Shown here piece by piece: positions 15,654 to 27,000 of a stretch of DNA of 64,000 bases (position 1 is its first letter; every line of letters begins with the position of its first letter). The notes under the pieces were generated by a model. That model saw only the letters and a list, made by a program, of their open reading frames with translations, searched no databases and was not told the DNA's origin. The position numbers were made by a program, and so were the translations under genes. This DNA comes from Podarcis cretensis (taxonomy: Eukaryota): NCBI GenBank assembly GCA_951804945.1, contig OX638159.1, positions 29,698,001 to 29,762,000 of the forward strand. Reading direction: 5' to 3'.

Positions 15654-16086
15654 CTTCCCGCCTCATGCCCACTTTGAGGCACTTCTTGAGGCGGCAGTAC
15701 TGGCACTGGTTGCGGTGGTGCTGGTCGATGGGACAGTTCCGGTTGGCCCGGCAAGTGTACGTTAAGTTCCTGCGGACGCTTCGCTTGAAGAAACTTTTGC
15801 AGCCCTCGCAGGTGAACTGCCCATAGTGCTTGCCGCTGGACTTGTCGCCGCAAACCACGCACTCGATGTGCTGCTGCTGCTGCTGCTGGCTCTGGCCCGA
15901 TCCCTGCTGCTGCTGCCCCTTGTCGCCCGGCGTGGACGGCGCGCCCGGCTGGCTGGGCGTCTGCGGCGTGTGGGGGGCCGCCGAGGCCCCTTGCTGCGGG
16001 TCCCGGCCCGGCTGAGCTGCTCCGGTGGGGCCGCCCCCGGCCACGTCCTCTTGCGCATCTCGCCAGCTGCTAACTACCATTGCCAT
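15654..16086 (-). CDS. NR2F1: NR2F1 (COUP-TFI) coding exon 1: N-terminal A/B region and C4 zinc-finger DNA-binding domain
   Basis: ATG at 16086-16084 gives [10 protein letters not shown]. The exon contains [69 protein letters not shown] and ends at the phase-1 donor GAAG|GTGAAT (GT at 15653-15652). NLTYTCR is the NR2F1 type (NR2F2 has NLSYTCR). Confidence 0.98.
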
Positions 16087-16378
16087 ATCTCGGGCCCACG
16101 GAGGAAAAAAAAGAGGGGGGGTGCCTGGTGGTGATGGTGGGCTGCCGGAGAAGAGGCCGGGAGAGGAGGAGGGGTGGGGGTCGGGGTGGGGAAGGGGGGT
16201 GGGGTAGGGTAAGGGGGGAAAGAAGGGCGGCTGCCTGGGTTTGTCGCGGGGGGGGGGCAGAGGCGAGGGATCGGGGCTCCTCCCGCCTCTCCGCGGCTGT
16301 TGCTGCTGTGGCTGCCGCCGCCGCCTCTCCGCTGCTCCCGCTGCCGATCTTTTTCTGCTTCTTTCTGCTGCCCTGCCC

Positions 16379-16420
16379 CCTCCTTCCTTCCTTCCTTCCT
16401 TCCTTCCTTCCTTCCTTCCT
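16379..16420. repeat. (CCTT)n tetranucleotide repeat in the 5' leader
   Basis: Seen directly. Confidence 0.95.
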
Positions 16421-18167
16421 CCCTTCCTTCTTCCCTTCCTCTCTCTCTCTTTCCCTCTCTCTAATGTGGAGTGGCTTCTTTTTCTTTTCTTTTGTTTTGG
16501 CAAGGGGGGAGACAATGGAATTCCAGAGGGTTTAACCCCCACCCCCCCGTCTAGCAGGATGGTGTCCCCCGCTCTTCTTCTTCTCTTCCTCCTCCTCCTC
16601 CTGCTTCTTCTCTCAGTCCCTTCCCTCCCTCCCCCCCAGAAACGTGTCCCTTTTCAAGTTGCAAAAGCAGCCAGGGCGAAGCGGGCTGTCGGGAGAGGCA
16701 TTCAGGAGGGTGACCCTGGGGAGGAGAGGGAGGAGAGGGCGACGGGGGGAAGAAGCAGGAGGAGGAGGAGGAGGAGGAGGAGGAAAGGGAGGAAGAGGAG
16801 GCGACCGGCTCGCCGGACACCCTGCCGGGCCAGCCAGCCCCGCACCGTCCGCGGCGGGCTAGCGGCGCGCCCGCCCGGCCGGCCGACTCGAAAGAGGCAG
16901 CAGCAGCAAGGAAGGAGCCCGGAGCCGCGCGATGCTGCTGCTGCTGCTGCCGCCGCCGCCGCCGCTGCTGCTGGTGAAGAAGCTGGTCTCTCTGCCGGGG
17001 CTGCGGCCGCCTCCGTCGCCGCCACTGCTCGCCGCCGAAGCCGCTGGGGCCCGGCCGGGAGAGCCGCCGCTGGATCGCCCCCGTCGGCGCGCAGGGAGGC
17101 CGGCAAAGGCGCACGGGGAGCCGAGACGCGGCTGCAGCTCAGGGCGCGCGGGTGTCCGGGGGCCAAGTCCGAGGCAGCGCGTCAGCCATGCAGGAAAGGC
17201 GCTTCGGGAAGCTCCGCCGACCAGCCCGAGGGCGACGGCGCCGAGGAGGACGCGAGAGGAGACTGGACGAGACACTTTGGGGGTCTCTCGCCGCCGACGC
17301 CGCCGTTGTTCTGGGCTCCGGCTCCGGCCGCCGCCGCTGCTTTGCCGCCGGGCTCCCTCTCTCTTTAGCTGTGTCTCTCTTTCTCCGTGCGCGCCGCTTT
17401 CTCTCTTTCTCTCTGCCTCTCTCCCTCGTCAATTTCGCTGGGGAAGATACAAAGGAGAAGCCCCAGCAGCGCCCTCGACTTCGCCCAGGCGCGGCAGACC
17501 GAGGATCCCCAGCCAAGTGGCGGAGCGAAAGGCGAACATGGAGAGAGCAGAAGCGGAGCGAATGTCAGCCGCGCGCCGAGGGGAGGGGAAAAGCCGAAAG
17601 GCGAGCGAGAGATCCAAAGTAGGTCGAATAAATAAAAGCCCCTTCTCCTGCTTCTCCGGCTTGCTCTCCTCCTGGCGCCTTCCTCGCTCGCTCGCGCGGC
17701 TGCTCCTTCTCTCCTCGCCTTCTTTCTTCTTCCGTGCTGCTGACAATAATCACTGGAGATCGCCCAAGAGGAAGGGGAAGGAAAGGAGGAAAAAAAAAAT
17801 ACCTTCTTATTTTTTCTTCTTCTTTTTTTCTTTTCTTTTTAAAGTAAATTTCGGAGGAGAAAAAGAAAAAGAAAACAAACCTCCGCAGCCAAGAACAAAA
17901 CCCTCCCCCAAAATAACAATAAAAAGTGTTTAAAAATTGAAGATATGAAGATGTTCAAAAGGCGCCCCTCTCTCTTTCTTTTTTCTTTCTTTCTTTCTTT
18001 TTGCTCTTTTTCTTTTGCGGTCTTTCCCCTTTCTTTTAAGTTTTCCCTCTCTCTGGTCTCATGAAGGAAGGAAGCGAGAGGCACCAGGAAAAGGAGAAAA
18101 GGAGTGGAGAGAGAAGGAGATAAAGAGAAAAAAAAACCAGCCTTCAACTAATAGAATATGCAAGAAA

Positions 18168-18168
18168 G

Positions 18169-18206
<38 letters not shown>

Positions 18207-18232
18207 GGGAGAGAGAGAGAGAGAGAGAGAGA
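18168..18232. repeat. (GA)n microsatellite near the 5' end of NR2F1
   Basis: Seen directly. Further GA/CT tracts at ~18513-18540, ~18628-18663 and 19438-19468. Confidence 0.95.
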
Positions 18233-18259
18233 ACCAAAAAATGAATGCGTTTAAACGGG

Positions 18260-18391
18260 NNNNNNNNNNNNNNNNNNNNNNNNNNNNNNNNNNNNNNNNN
18301 NNNNNNNNNNNNNNNNNNNNNNNNNNNNNNNNNNNNNNNNNNNNNNNNNNNNNNNNNNNNNNNNNNNNNNNNNNNNNNNNNNNNNNNNNNN
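18260..18391. other. 132-nt N-run at the promoter / 5' end
   Basis: Counted directly. Confidence 0.99.
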
Positions 18392-18520
18392 CCAAGAGAG
18401 GGGCTGCTGGCAACTGATAATCAAAGGCGACTGACTGGTCAGAGCCCTGAATTGGGGGGAGAGAAAATGGGAGGCTAAGGTTAGCCAAGCCTCCTTCACT
18501 CCATTGGCTGAGATCTCCTC
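18392..18520 (-). promoter_or_regulatory. NR2F1 proximal promoter: CCAAT box (18503-18507) and overlapping GATA + TCF/LEF motif TGATAATCAAAG (18415-18426)
   Basis: CAGCCAATGG on minus. Non-repetitive block sandwiched between GA/CT microsatellites, immediately next to the second N-run. Confidence 0.6.
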
Positions 18521-18628
18521 TCTCTCTCTCTCTCTCGCTCCCCCCCCTCCGCCTTTATTCTTTGCTACCTACTGACTGAGATGGGAAGGAGGGAGGGGGG
18601 AGGAAAGGAGAGGGAAGGGAGGGGGCTT

Positions 18629-18660
<32 letters not shown>

Positions 18661-19433
18661 AGAAAGGGAGGGGGATTCTTCTGACAAGCACAATTTACAT
18701 TGAGATCGCCCTGCTCTGCTATTTACTTTGAGACCTGATTAGTATGGGTCGTCTATGGTCACACACACAGACACACACGCACGACAAAAGAAAGGGGGGC
18801 GGGTGGGGAAGAGATGCATTGCGATAGGGGGAAAGGGGAATTTAAAGGAAATTATTTTGGCTCATTCTGAAAAGTTTTTTTTTTAATGATCAGATTTCTC
18901 TTTGGGATATTTCGCCCCCCCCTCCGGTCTTCCTTCCTTCCAAAAATAACCCTGATTAGGAATTACGACACTTGGACTGGATTCCATTGTTTAATGGCTG
19001 CAAGGAGATGGCTAAGGAGAGTCCATAAGGACTGTGAATATTTAAAAAATACATTTATGGTCCCATATGTTCCAGTTCATCAGCAGCCCCCTGTCTCCCC
19101 CTCCCACCTCGCTGCCTGTTCCCCCTCACTTTAAATATTCTCCAGGATTTCGTAATTTTTTTTAGAATAGATTTCATTCCCGTCGCAATATGACCGGTCA
19201 GAAATCGACATTTCCCCATTTCACATGGAGGTTCCACTCCAACTCCCATTATTTTTATTTATTGTTTACTATTAATATATAGATACATATATTAAATTAA
19301 CTTGTCCGTCCTCCTTGTGTTTTGCTTTCGCGAATGTTTTTAAACAGCCTCAGTAATGATTAATGGATAACGTAAGTAAGTGATCGGTTTTGCCGTCTTT
19401 ATGAAAGGATCAATGCCTGTAAAGGAAAGTTCA

Positions 19434-19471
<38 letters not shown>

Positions 19472-19567
19472 TGAGTTTGGAGAAGTGTATTCTGGGAACC
19501 GGGTGGGGGGGGGGGCGCGACGACGACACAAATTCCCCTTCGCCAGTCCTAGAAGAATCGCTGGTTC

Positions 19568-19587
19568 GTGCTGCCATCTAGCGGACA
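19568..19587 (-). promoter_or_regulatory. CTCF-binding motif
   Basis: Minus strand reads TGTCCGCTAGATGGCAGCAC, a full match to the core consensus CC[AG][CG][CT]AG[AG][GT]GGC[AG][CG]. Confidence 0.6.
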
Positions 19588-20365
19588 GGAAGAAAGCGGT
19601 GAAACTACAGTTTGTTTAGCTCCCCCCTTCCTTGTGTAGTTAAAAAATAAATAAAAAGCTTGCGCCTCCGATGAAGGAGCAGAAAGGGACGCGAGAATAT
19701 CTGAATGGCTCTTTCCCTTAATATTTGTCCCCTGCTTGCATGTTTCTATGGGGAGTAATCCTTCCCATTGGAATATTTCTCCATTAGCTTCTAGATCTTC
19801 TGCCCCTCCTGACTTCTCCTTATTTTCCTTGTTTTCTCAACTTCCATCAAAGTTTCCACACCGGCAGAGAGCCGGGGTTGGCGGGCGGGCGGGGGCTATT
19901 CCAAAACACCGCAGCGCACTAGAGCCTAGGGCGAGAAAGAGAGAGTTGTGTGCGTCCTTTCTCAGGTTGTAAAAATATTAGGCACCAGTTAGAGAGGAGA
20001 GTCCCGCACCCGAAGACACGGTTTGCGATTTGGTGGTGAAATAATGAAGGGTGGTTTTCTCCCTCCCTCCCCCCACCCTCCGCATCAGTTTTTCCTGCCA
20101 AGCCGTCCCTATTGTAGATTGCATTGATAAAAAGGATGTTATTGACTATGCAACAGTGGGCTCTCTCTCGCCTGCCTCCTCGCCTCTCTTTTCTTTCCCA
20201 ATAAACTCTGGTCCTGTCTTCTGGTGGTCACTGAAAAGGTGAAACGAATAAGATTAAATCACACACACACACACCCCAGCTCTGTATGTATATCATCCAA
20301 GGTTTTACTCTCCGGACTATGGAGAGACAGGGAGGGAGAGAGGGGGAAAAAAGAGGCAGAGCAAA

Positions 20366-20399
<34 letters not shown>

Positions 20400-23300
20400 A
20401 GGGGAGAGAGAAAGAAAGCCCGGGAGAAGGTGCACAGAGAAGCACCAGCCTCTTGACAAGGTTTCGTCGGAGTCCGGATCGCTTCCACCAGCAACTAGCA
20501 GAACCTCCGCTGGCCAAGGCAAGTAGCATTTGCTTTCTGTAACGTGTGTTTCTGGTGGGTTTTTAGACGCTGTGAAGCAGCATCCGGCAGCAGGGAGTTG
20601 GGATCTCTCATCCCCACCCCATCCTCTTCTGATAGAGTTCCACTTGGGCAATGTAACTTTTTTTAATAAAAACACCCCCCCCCCACCTACGCTCCTTCTC
20701 CGCTTTCCTCCACCATCTCGCCTGCTTTGTCGGAGACCCTGAAAAGGCACCCAGTTCAGGCCTGGCTGGGATTTCCCCGCCAGATTTCATCTGAAGGAGA
20801 GGCGGCAGGGATGGGGGCGGGGGGGGCGAAGAAGAGGGAGAGAGAGAGAGATGTAAGAAGTTAGGAAGCAGAAGCAGAGGTAGCAAAAAATAATAATTTT
20901 TGTTTGAACAATGTTGTGGAACCCCCCATCCCCAGTCCTTAAGATCATGGGACCAGCTGCCTCCGGGAACAACCTCAGATGGGAATGAGCAGGGATCGAC
21001 TTGTCCAGATCCAGAGCTGAATCCCATAGTCGTCCTATTGCCTAGGTAGGCTTAAGGAAGAGGTGAACAGATCCATTCAGTGGGGCTGAGTGTTTATGCC
21101 AGGACTTTTCATCCCCTAAAGAGGGATTGCAGACGAGTGTCAGCGTGCTAATGCTGTTGTCTTTCACCTGCTCTGTTTGTTATTTGATCACCTAATGAAA
21201 AGATCGATGGCAGCCTGTTTATCTAGGGTGGTGGTGGGGAGTGTCAACAGATTAAAGGGACAACAGGGAGATCCACCGAACGAGAGAGGGGGGGAGACAG
21301 AAAGACCTTTATGACAAGGAAAGGCCCATTAAAAATAATTACAAAACCCACCCTTAATTCCGATTATGTTCTGTCTCCCCCACTCCAAGATTGCCTTTGC
21401 TGTCCCTAAGGATACCACATTTCTCTTAGAATAGGTATAAAACAGAACCCACTCAATCTCTGCTTTTATTCAGCGAAAATAGAGCGAAGCCTAGCCAATT
21501 TTATGAGTCCTTCAGGAAATACCATCTTTTAGGGATCTGGCTGGGTCTTTGAATGGGAAATGGATAAGTATTCAGGCTGCGAGAAATGAATGGATCCTTC
21601 ATTGCAAGAGGGGATCCTTAACCTCTCCAAAAGAAGCTGGCTCAAATATAGAAATCCTTTGTCAATTTCTCCCTCCCTCTCAAACGCTCACTTTCCTCTC
21701 TCTCCGAGAGCAAAAGGAAATAAAGAAAAGTAATGTGGCCACAATGTAATTAATTGGGAAAATCCGGCTTTCCCCGCCAGCTTCTTGCGGTGCCTAAAGT
21801 ATGCCCCGAAAAATAGAAGCGACATCTAACTTCCTCAAGACTGCCAACCCCAATGTTGCCCTAACCATATTTACATGGAAATCGCATAGGTTTTCCGCGT
21901 CTCTTATCTGTGTTTAGAATCCCATCTTGGGCCGCAATGGGCAAATTGGTTAAGCAGAGGGGAGTTGCTAAACCGGTTGAACTTCAAATATCAGGACAGC
22001 CGAATGGCATTTTCAGATGCAAACCAGCGAGGGTGTGTGTGAAGAATTTAAAATAAGGCGCATCCATGGTGTTCAATAGGCGTGCGAACTGGGATGGTGG
22101 TAGAATAAAGCAGATCAGTTATGTTCAACGAGGTTGTAATATTCTGGAAGTAATGCACGGGCTCCGCTTAAGGGGTTTTGTTTTTCCTGCGTGGGGCCAA
22201 CCAGGATTCCTCTTTCGATGTTTCAGCCAAGGCTTTGTAATCTGATAAGGTCATTTTATGGGAGAACAGAGATGCAGACAGGCTGAGCTTAAGACCACGA
22301 GCCACAGCACACTTACATAGAAGTAACCTCTGTTCATTTGAAATGGTGGGACTTACAGTCACTTTGTGGGGTTGTTTTCGGAGACACCCATCTTCACTGG
22401 ACCAGAGGAAAACGTTGTGTCTGTCAGAACTTTTCCTGGAACGGGGGGGGGGGGGCATTTAAAAAACGAAAAACACCCAAACCAAATATGGGCTGAAGAG
22501 AAGGTAATACTGTAGCAAAGCCTAGCTGGGGGGTGGTGGAAATGATCTGTACCCAGAAATATTTATCCGCTTGCTGTAACCTTTGCTTTTTTAAAATTCA
22601 AAGGCCCGATTCCTTTGCAAAAATCAAGTGTATGGCGTATGTGTGGTTTTTCAATGCAGTACTGTATAATATATATTGACTGTGTGTTTGTGCCTGGCTG
22701 TGTATTCGAGAATCCTTATAGGGGAAAATAGCACAGGAGGGATCTTCACTCTCTCTCCCAAGTGGAGGGGAAAAAAATCTGTTACATTCTTTTAGCAACT
22801 TTGAGCAACTCACTCCCCGTTCTGGTAAGAGATCCAGCTGCATTTCGTTAGGACATGACATTTGGGAAGTGCTTTTTAAAGCACACATATGCCATCCCCG
22901 TTCTACATAGATAAACTTAAAACAGACCCAGAAAGCCATACGGAAGGCGTGCTTTGAATGCTGTTCTCTCACTTTCACACGCTACCAGCATGCTGGGCCG
23001 CTTGCCCCACAAATCAGCGAGCTCGCGCTTTCGACGAACTCTTGACAAGCTCTGCCTTCCAGCTTTTGGATGCCTGATCCATCAGAGAAGCCAGCCTGTC
23101 GAGGGGCATCCCTCCCCTCGAGGACTATTTCCAGTCCTCGTCAAATATTAATTGCAGTGTAAACATTGCTGACCCACCTCTTTCCCTCCCCCCACCTCCC
23201 CCCAAAAGCCCCCTCCTCAAGCAAAGTGCGTAGTGGCGGCGGCCTTGCTGGTTCCTCCCTCTGCCTTCCCTTGGCGAGGGCTTGGTGTCCAGCAGGGCAA

Positions 23301-23880
23301 GACTGTCAGCGAGCCAGGCCTTGGCAGGGAAGCCTGCCCAGCAACGCCGCTGCCACGACTAGAGGAAGTAGGCCGCATTCACCGTCTGCACCAGTGCCGG
23401 GTGACAGGCTTCCAGCGCAATGGAACTCCTGCCCGGGTGGAAAAACGAGGCGCGCCTGCCCCTTACTCGACCGTCGTTTGTTATCTGCACAAATCTGCAG
23501 ATTTCAACCCCCCCTCCATCCCAATCTTATAAACAATTGGCCATTCCCAGAATCCCAGCCAAAGCAGACCCAGTGGATTACAGCGCCCGTTTGTAAATAA
23601 ATAGCCACTGGCCACCTAATATTTCGGGGGGCCCCTTCTCTCTAGACAAAGCCTGATGTACTCACACGGATGCTCAGATTCGTGTGCATGGGAGGGAGGG
23701 AGGATTTCACCAGTGCCCGGATGGATCCCTGAGAGTTCTCAACTGATCTGTACTCGCTTTCCTTTATGTCCTTACTCACTTCAGGGGACTAAGTGCGAGA
23801 TGATTCCCATTTTAAAGCCTGTTTGGAAACAAACAAACACGCACACACGCGCATGAGATATTCCAGCAAATCCTCCCTCC

Positions 23881-23916
<36 letters not shown>

Positions 23917-24000
23917 TATAATCATAATTTATTATTTATACCCTGCCCATCTGGAAGGGTTTTCCCAACCACTCTGGGCGGCTTCCAGCAAAATATTAAA
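23881..24000 (-). mobile_element. LINE (L2-like) 3' end with (TAA)n tail
   Basis: (AAT)n followed by ttattatttataccctgcccatctgg...ccactctgggcggcttcca, a common lizard LINE terminus. Confidence 0.55.
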
Positions 24001-27000
24001 ATTACATAAATGTAAATGAAGCTGGCTTGTGTTGTGTACATGTGATATAAGTTCTAGTTAACTTACTTCCAACATCTTAATCAGACCTACTTTTTAAAGC
24101 AGTCCTTTCTTGGAATCCCATGTCTGCACAACCCATTGGGGCTTGAAAGTAAATTCTACTGAATTCCATGAAACTTACTTCCAATAAAATATGTGGATAC
24201 CATTCCTTCTAGGCTTTCTTACAAAAGAGAAAACGCTGCGTGTTTACTATAAAGGCAGCTGGGCCAAGGGAGGAGGAGAGCGTCTGGAGGAAACAGGGGC
24301 TCTAACCTGGGCAAAGGTTCCCGGTTAGGCACCCGCCAGTGGTCGAAGGCTAAAATGAAAGCTGTAAAATAGGCTGCCGAGAGTCTGACTTTATGCTTTT
24401 GCTGTGGAGTTGTAAGAGAAGCAAGGGAAAGGAGCAAAATACCTTTCCCAAAGGCCTCCCGCCCACCTCCGCGGGCCTCACTAGGAGCCATCAGGCCGTA
24501 TTCTGGGCTCGACCTGGCCATTTGGCACCTAGCGAAATGTCGCGCTGAGTTACCAGGTGCTTTCAGAGCGCGGCGATCTCCTCTCAACCAGACGGCGGCA
24601 GCTGGCCACTGAAATCGTGGATTTGCCGACACATCAGCCAGGAAACCCAAACAAGTTGAAAACTGTGCAGAGGTCAGGGGCAGCGCGATCCCACACCAGC
24701 TGTTTCTTTGGAAGGAAGTCCCACGGAGCTGAGTGGGGGACTTGTTCCCAAGAAAGAGGGGGGGGGGACAGGATTGCAGGTTTACAGTACAGCCCTTACT
24801 CAGGAGTAAATCCCTCTAATGTTCCCTGGAGAATATTTCCAGGAAAGGGTCCTTTGGGCCTCTTAAACCAGGCGCCGTAGTCGAGTGGCCTCGAGGGGCG
24901 CAGGAATCTCCCCGCCAACAGAGGGAACCATATTGGCCAGCTTTTATCGTGTGCCTTGTTTCACGGCCGAGATGGATCCGGACGATCCTAGCTGGACACA
25001 GGAAACTGGCGGTCAGCAAGCTCTGCAGCCTTCCTGCGTCAGAGCTGTCTTCTCCCATGCGCTCCCCACCCTGTTCCCTGCGCAAAATGGCGAATTCTCA
25101 CAACCAGATATTGACTTTCCGCACAAATAAAACTGCGGGGATCTTAATGCGGGGAACGAAGCGACATAAGTGTGTGCGGATGCCATGAAGGGAGCGGGGT
25201 GGGGAGTGAGGATTTTCCATGAGTGTAGATGGCCCCTTTGTAGATGAGTCCCTTTGGCTTCTCTGAGGATCTACCCTTCGCTTGGAGACCAGTCTTGTCA
25301 GGCGCGCATCACGTAAGGCCCAGGCAAGCTGATGCCCAGATCTAGTAGGGTGAGTGTGGGTGTGTGCGCGCGCGCGTAGATATAGATATCTGGCTATGCT
25401 GGGGATGAAAAGGGGGCACACTTGCGAGAGAAGTCACCCCCCCCTGTCTTGACAATACGATCTCCTGGCTTGTAGAATCATTTCCCATAATAGTCACCTG
25501 TCACAGCTCCCATTTCTTTTATCATAGGCATTAGCCCATCAGGAGATGACTTCTCTTTTCCAGGATAAAAATTAAAAGAACTCTCTGTCTCTGTGTAAGA
25601 AAATAAAAGATTTGCCCCGCCGATTGTTCAGCTATCGCTTAGAGGCGCCGAGAGGGTGTCAAGGGTGGGGGGTGGGGGAGGGAAACCAGGCTTGGCTGCT
25701 GGTGTGAGCATCACCCTGAGCTCCTCCTAAACTTGATATAACTAATAAATCTGACTTTTCCCTTAAACTGTCAGGGTCGAGATGTGTTTATTACAGGCCT
25801 GTTCAGGCAGCTAAGGAGATGGGGCGGGGGACTTTTAAGTTGGGCTTAAAAAAAAAAGTCAATGAAACAGCTCAAGCAGACCATAAAGAATCGCGCCACA
25901 CTGAAGCAGGCTATGGGGAGCATGGGGGGGGCGCGCGCGAGAGAGAGAGAGAGTAGCGATTGTGGGGGGGCTCATAAAAAGTATCCTGGAAGACATGGGG
26001 CTGGCCAAGCTGTGGGGGTGGTGTGTGTGTGGTGGGGGAAGAGAAATCTGCTTTATTGTTAACCCCTTGCGCGGAGGCTTCTGAAGCTGAAAGGGCAAAG
26101 GAGGGGACGCTCTTTTGTCCCAGCTGATCCTCGGCTATTCTGGGGACTCAGGTTGGTGTGAAAAGGACGAAGAGGTCACTTGAAATCGCCTTTTATCTAC
26201 TCCTCTTTTCTCTCTGGATCAGCAGCTTTGAATAGGCGCCATCTAATCGCTCTTCATAGAAAGAAAGTGGGGCAAGGCTCGAAAATGCCTTCACTCTAGG
26301 AAGGAGGGGACTGGCTTGCATGATTGCGCCTAGGCCTCAAGCCAGGCGGCGGCGGCGAGCGGAGGAATGCCTCGATCCCCACCGCGTGCGCCTTGGTTGG
26401 AGACGCTGAAGGTGGCGAGAGGGCCGCGCTGCCTGCTCCCCATGCCTACATTTCGCCCTGGCAGCAAGCAGGGTTGGGATGGAAGGAGTTCCTCGGCCAC
26501 ATTGATGGACTCGTTCCATAAATAAAATAAAATGTCCCCTCCAACCACCACTCCCCATTGGCAAACAGATACAAAGGAAACCAGAGCAGGGAACAAACCT
26601 CGAAGAGGCTTCCCGCCTCTCCCGTTTTTGCAAAGTCCCTGGAAGCCGAAACAATTTTCTCAAGGCTAGGACGGAACTGTTGGTCTGGCGAGTAAAAAAA
26701 AAAAAAAAAAAAGAGCATCCATCCGCACTCCAGATCCCGGACTTGTTTTGTAGGCTTCGCACGAGGCCCTGCTTCGTCCACTGCTGCTGGGGACACCCAG
26801 TGAATCCGAAATATACTGATAAGGGGGCGGGCGGAGAGAGAGCGATCTCTTCCTTCCCAATAGCTGTCATGCTAAGCTAAAATTGGACCCACAAGACACG
26901 AAAGCCAAGTCCCTGTTTGTTCAAAACCGTTTTTTTTAAAATCCCTCCCCAACCCTTGTGTGGGAGATGAGTATGTGTCTTTTTTGGCAAAAAAGAAAAG

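Larger units (their letters stand above)
15650..17760. promoter_or_regulatory. CpG island over NR2F1 exon 1 and 5' leader
   Basis: Very high GC and CpG density (GCC/CGG runs, many CGCG). Confidence 0.9.
16087..18259 (-). other. NR2F1: NR2F1 long GC-rich 5' leader (TSS not determinable, probably ~18.26-18.42 kb)
   Basis: CpG-island sequence contiguous with exon 1, with a CCAAT box further upstream. NR2F1 is known to have a long 5' UTR. Contains four upstream AUGs and low-complexity repeats. Confidence 0.6.

Noticed and set aside
16241-17933. Long plus-strand ORFs of 375 aa and 333 aa
   Set aside because: Low-complexity translations of the GC-rich, stop-poor 5' leader; non-ATG or weak starts and no domain.
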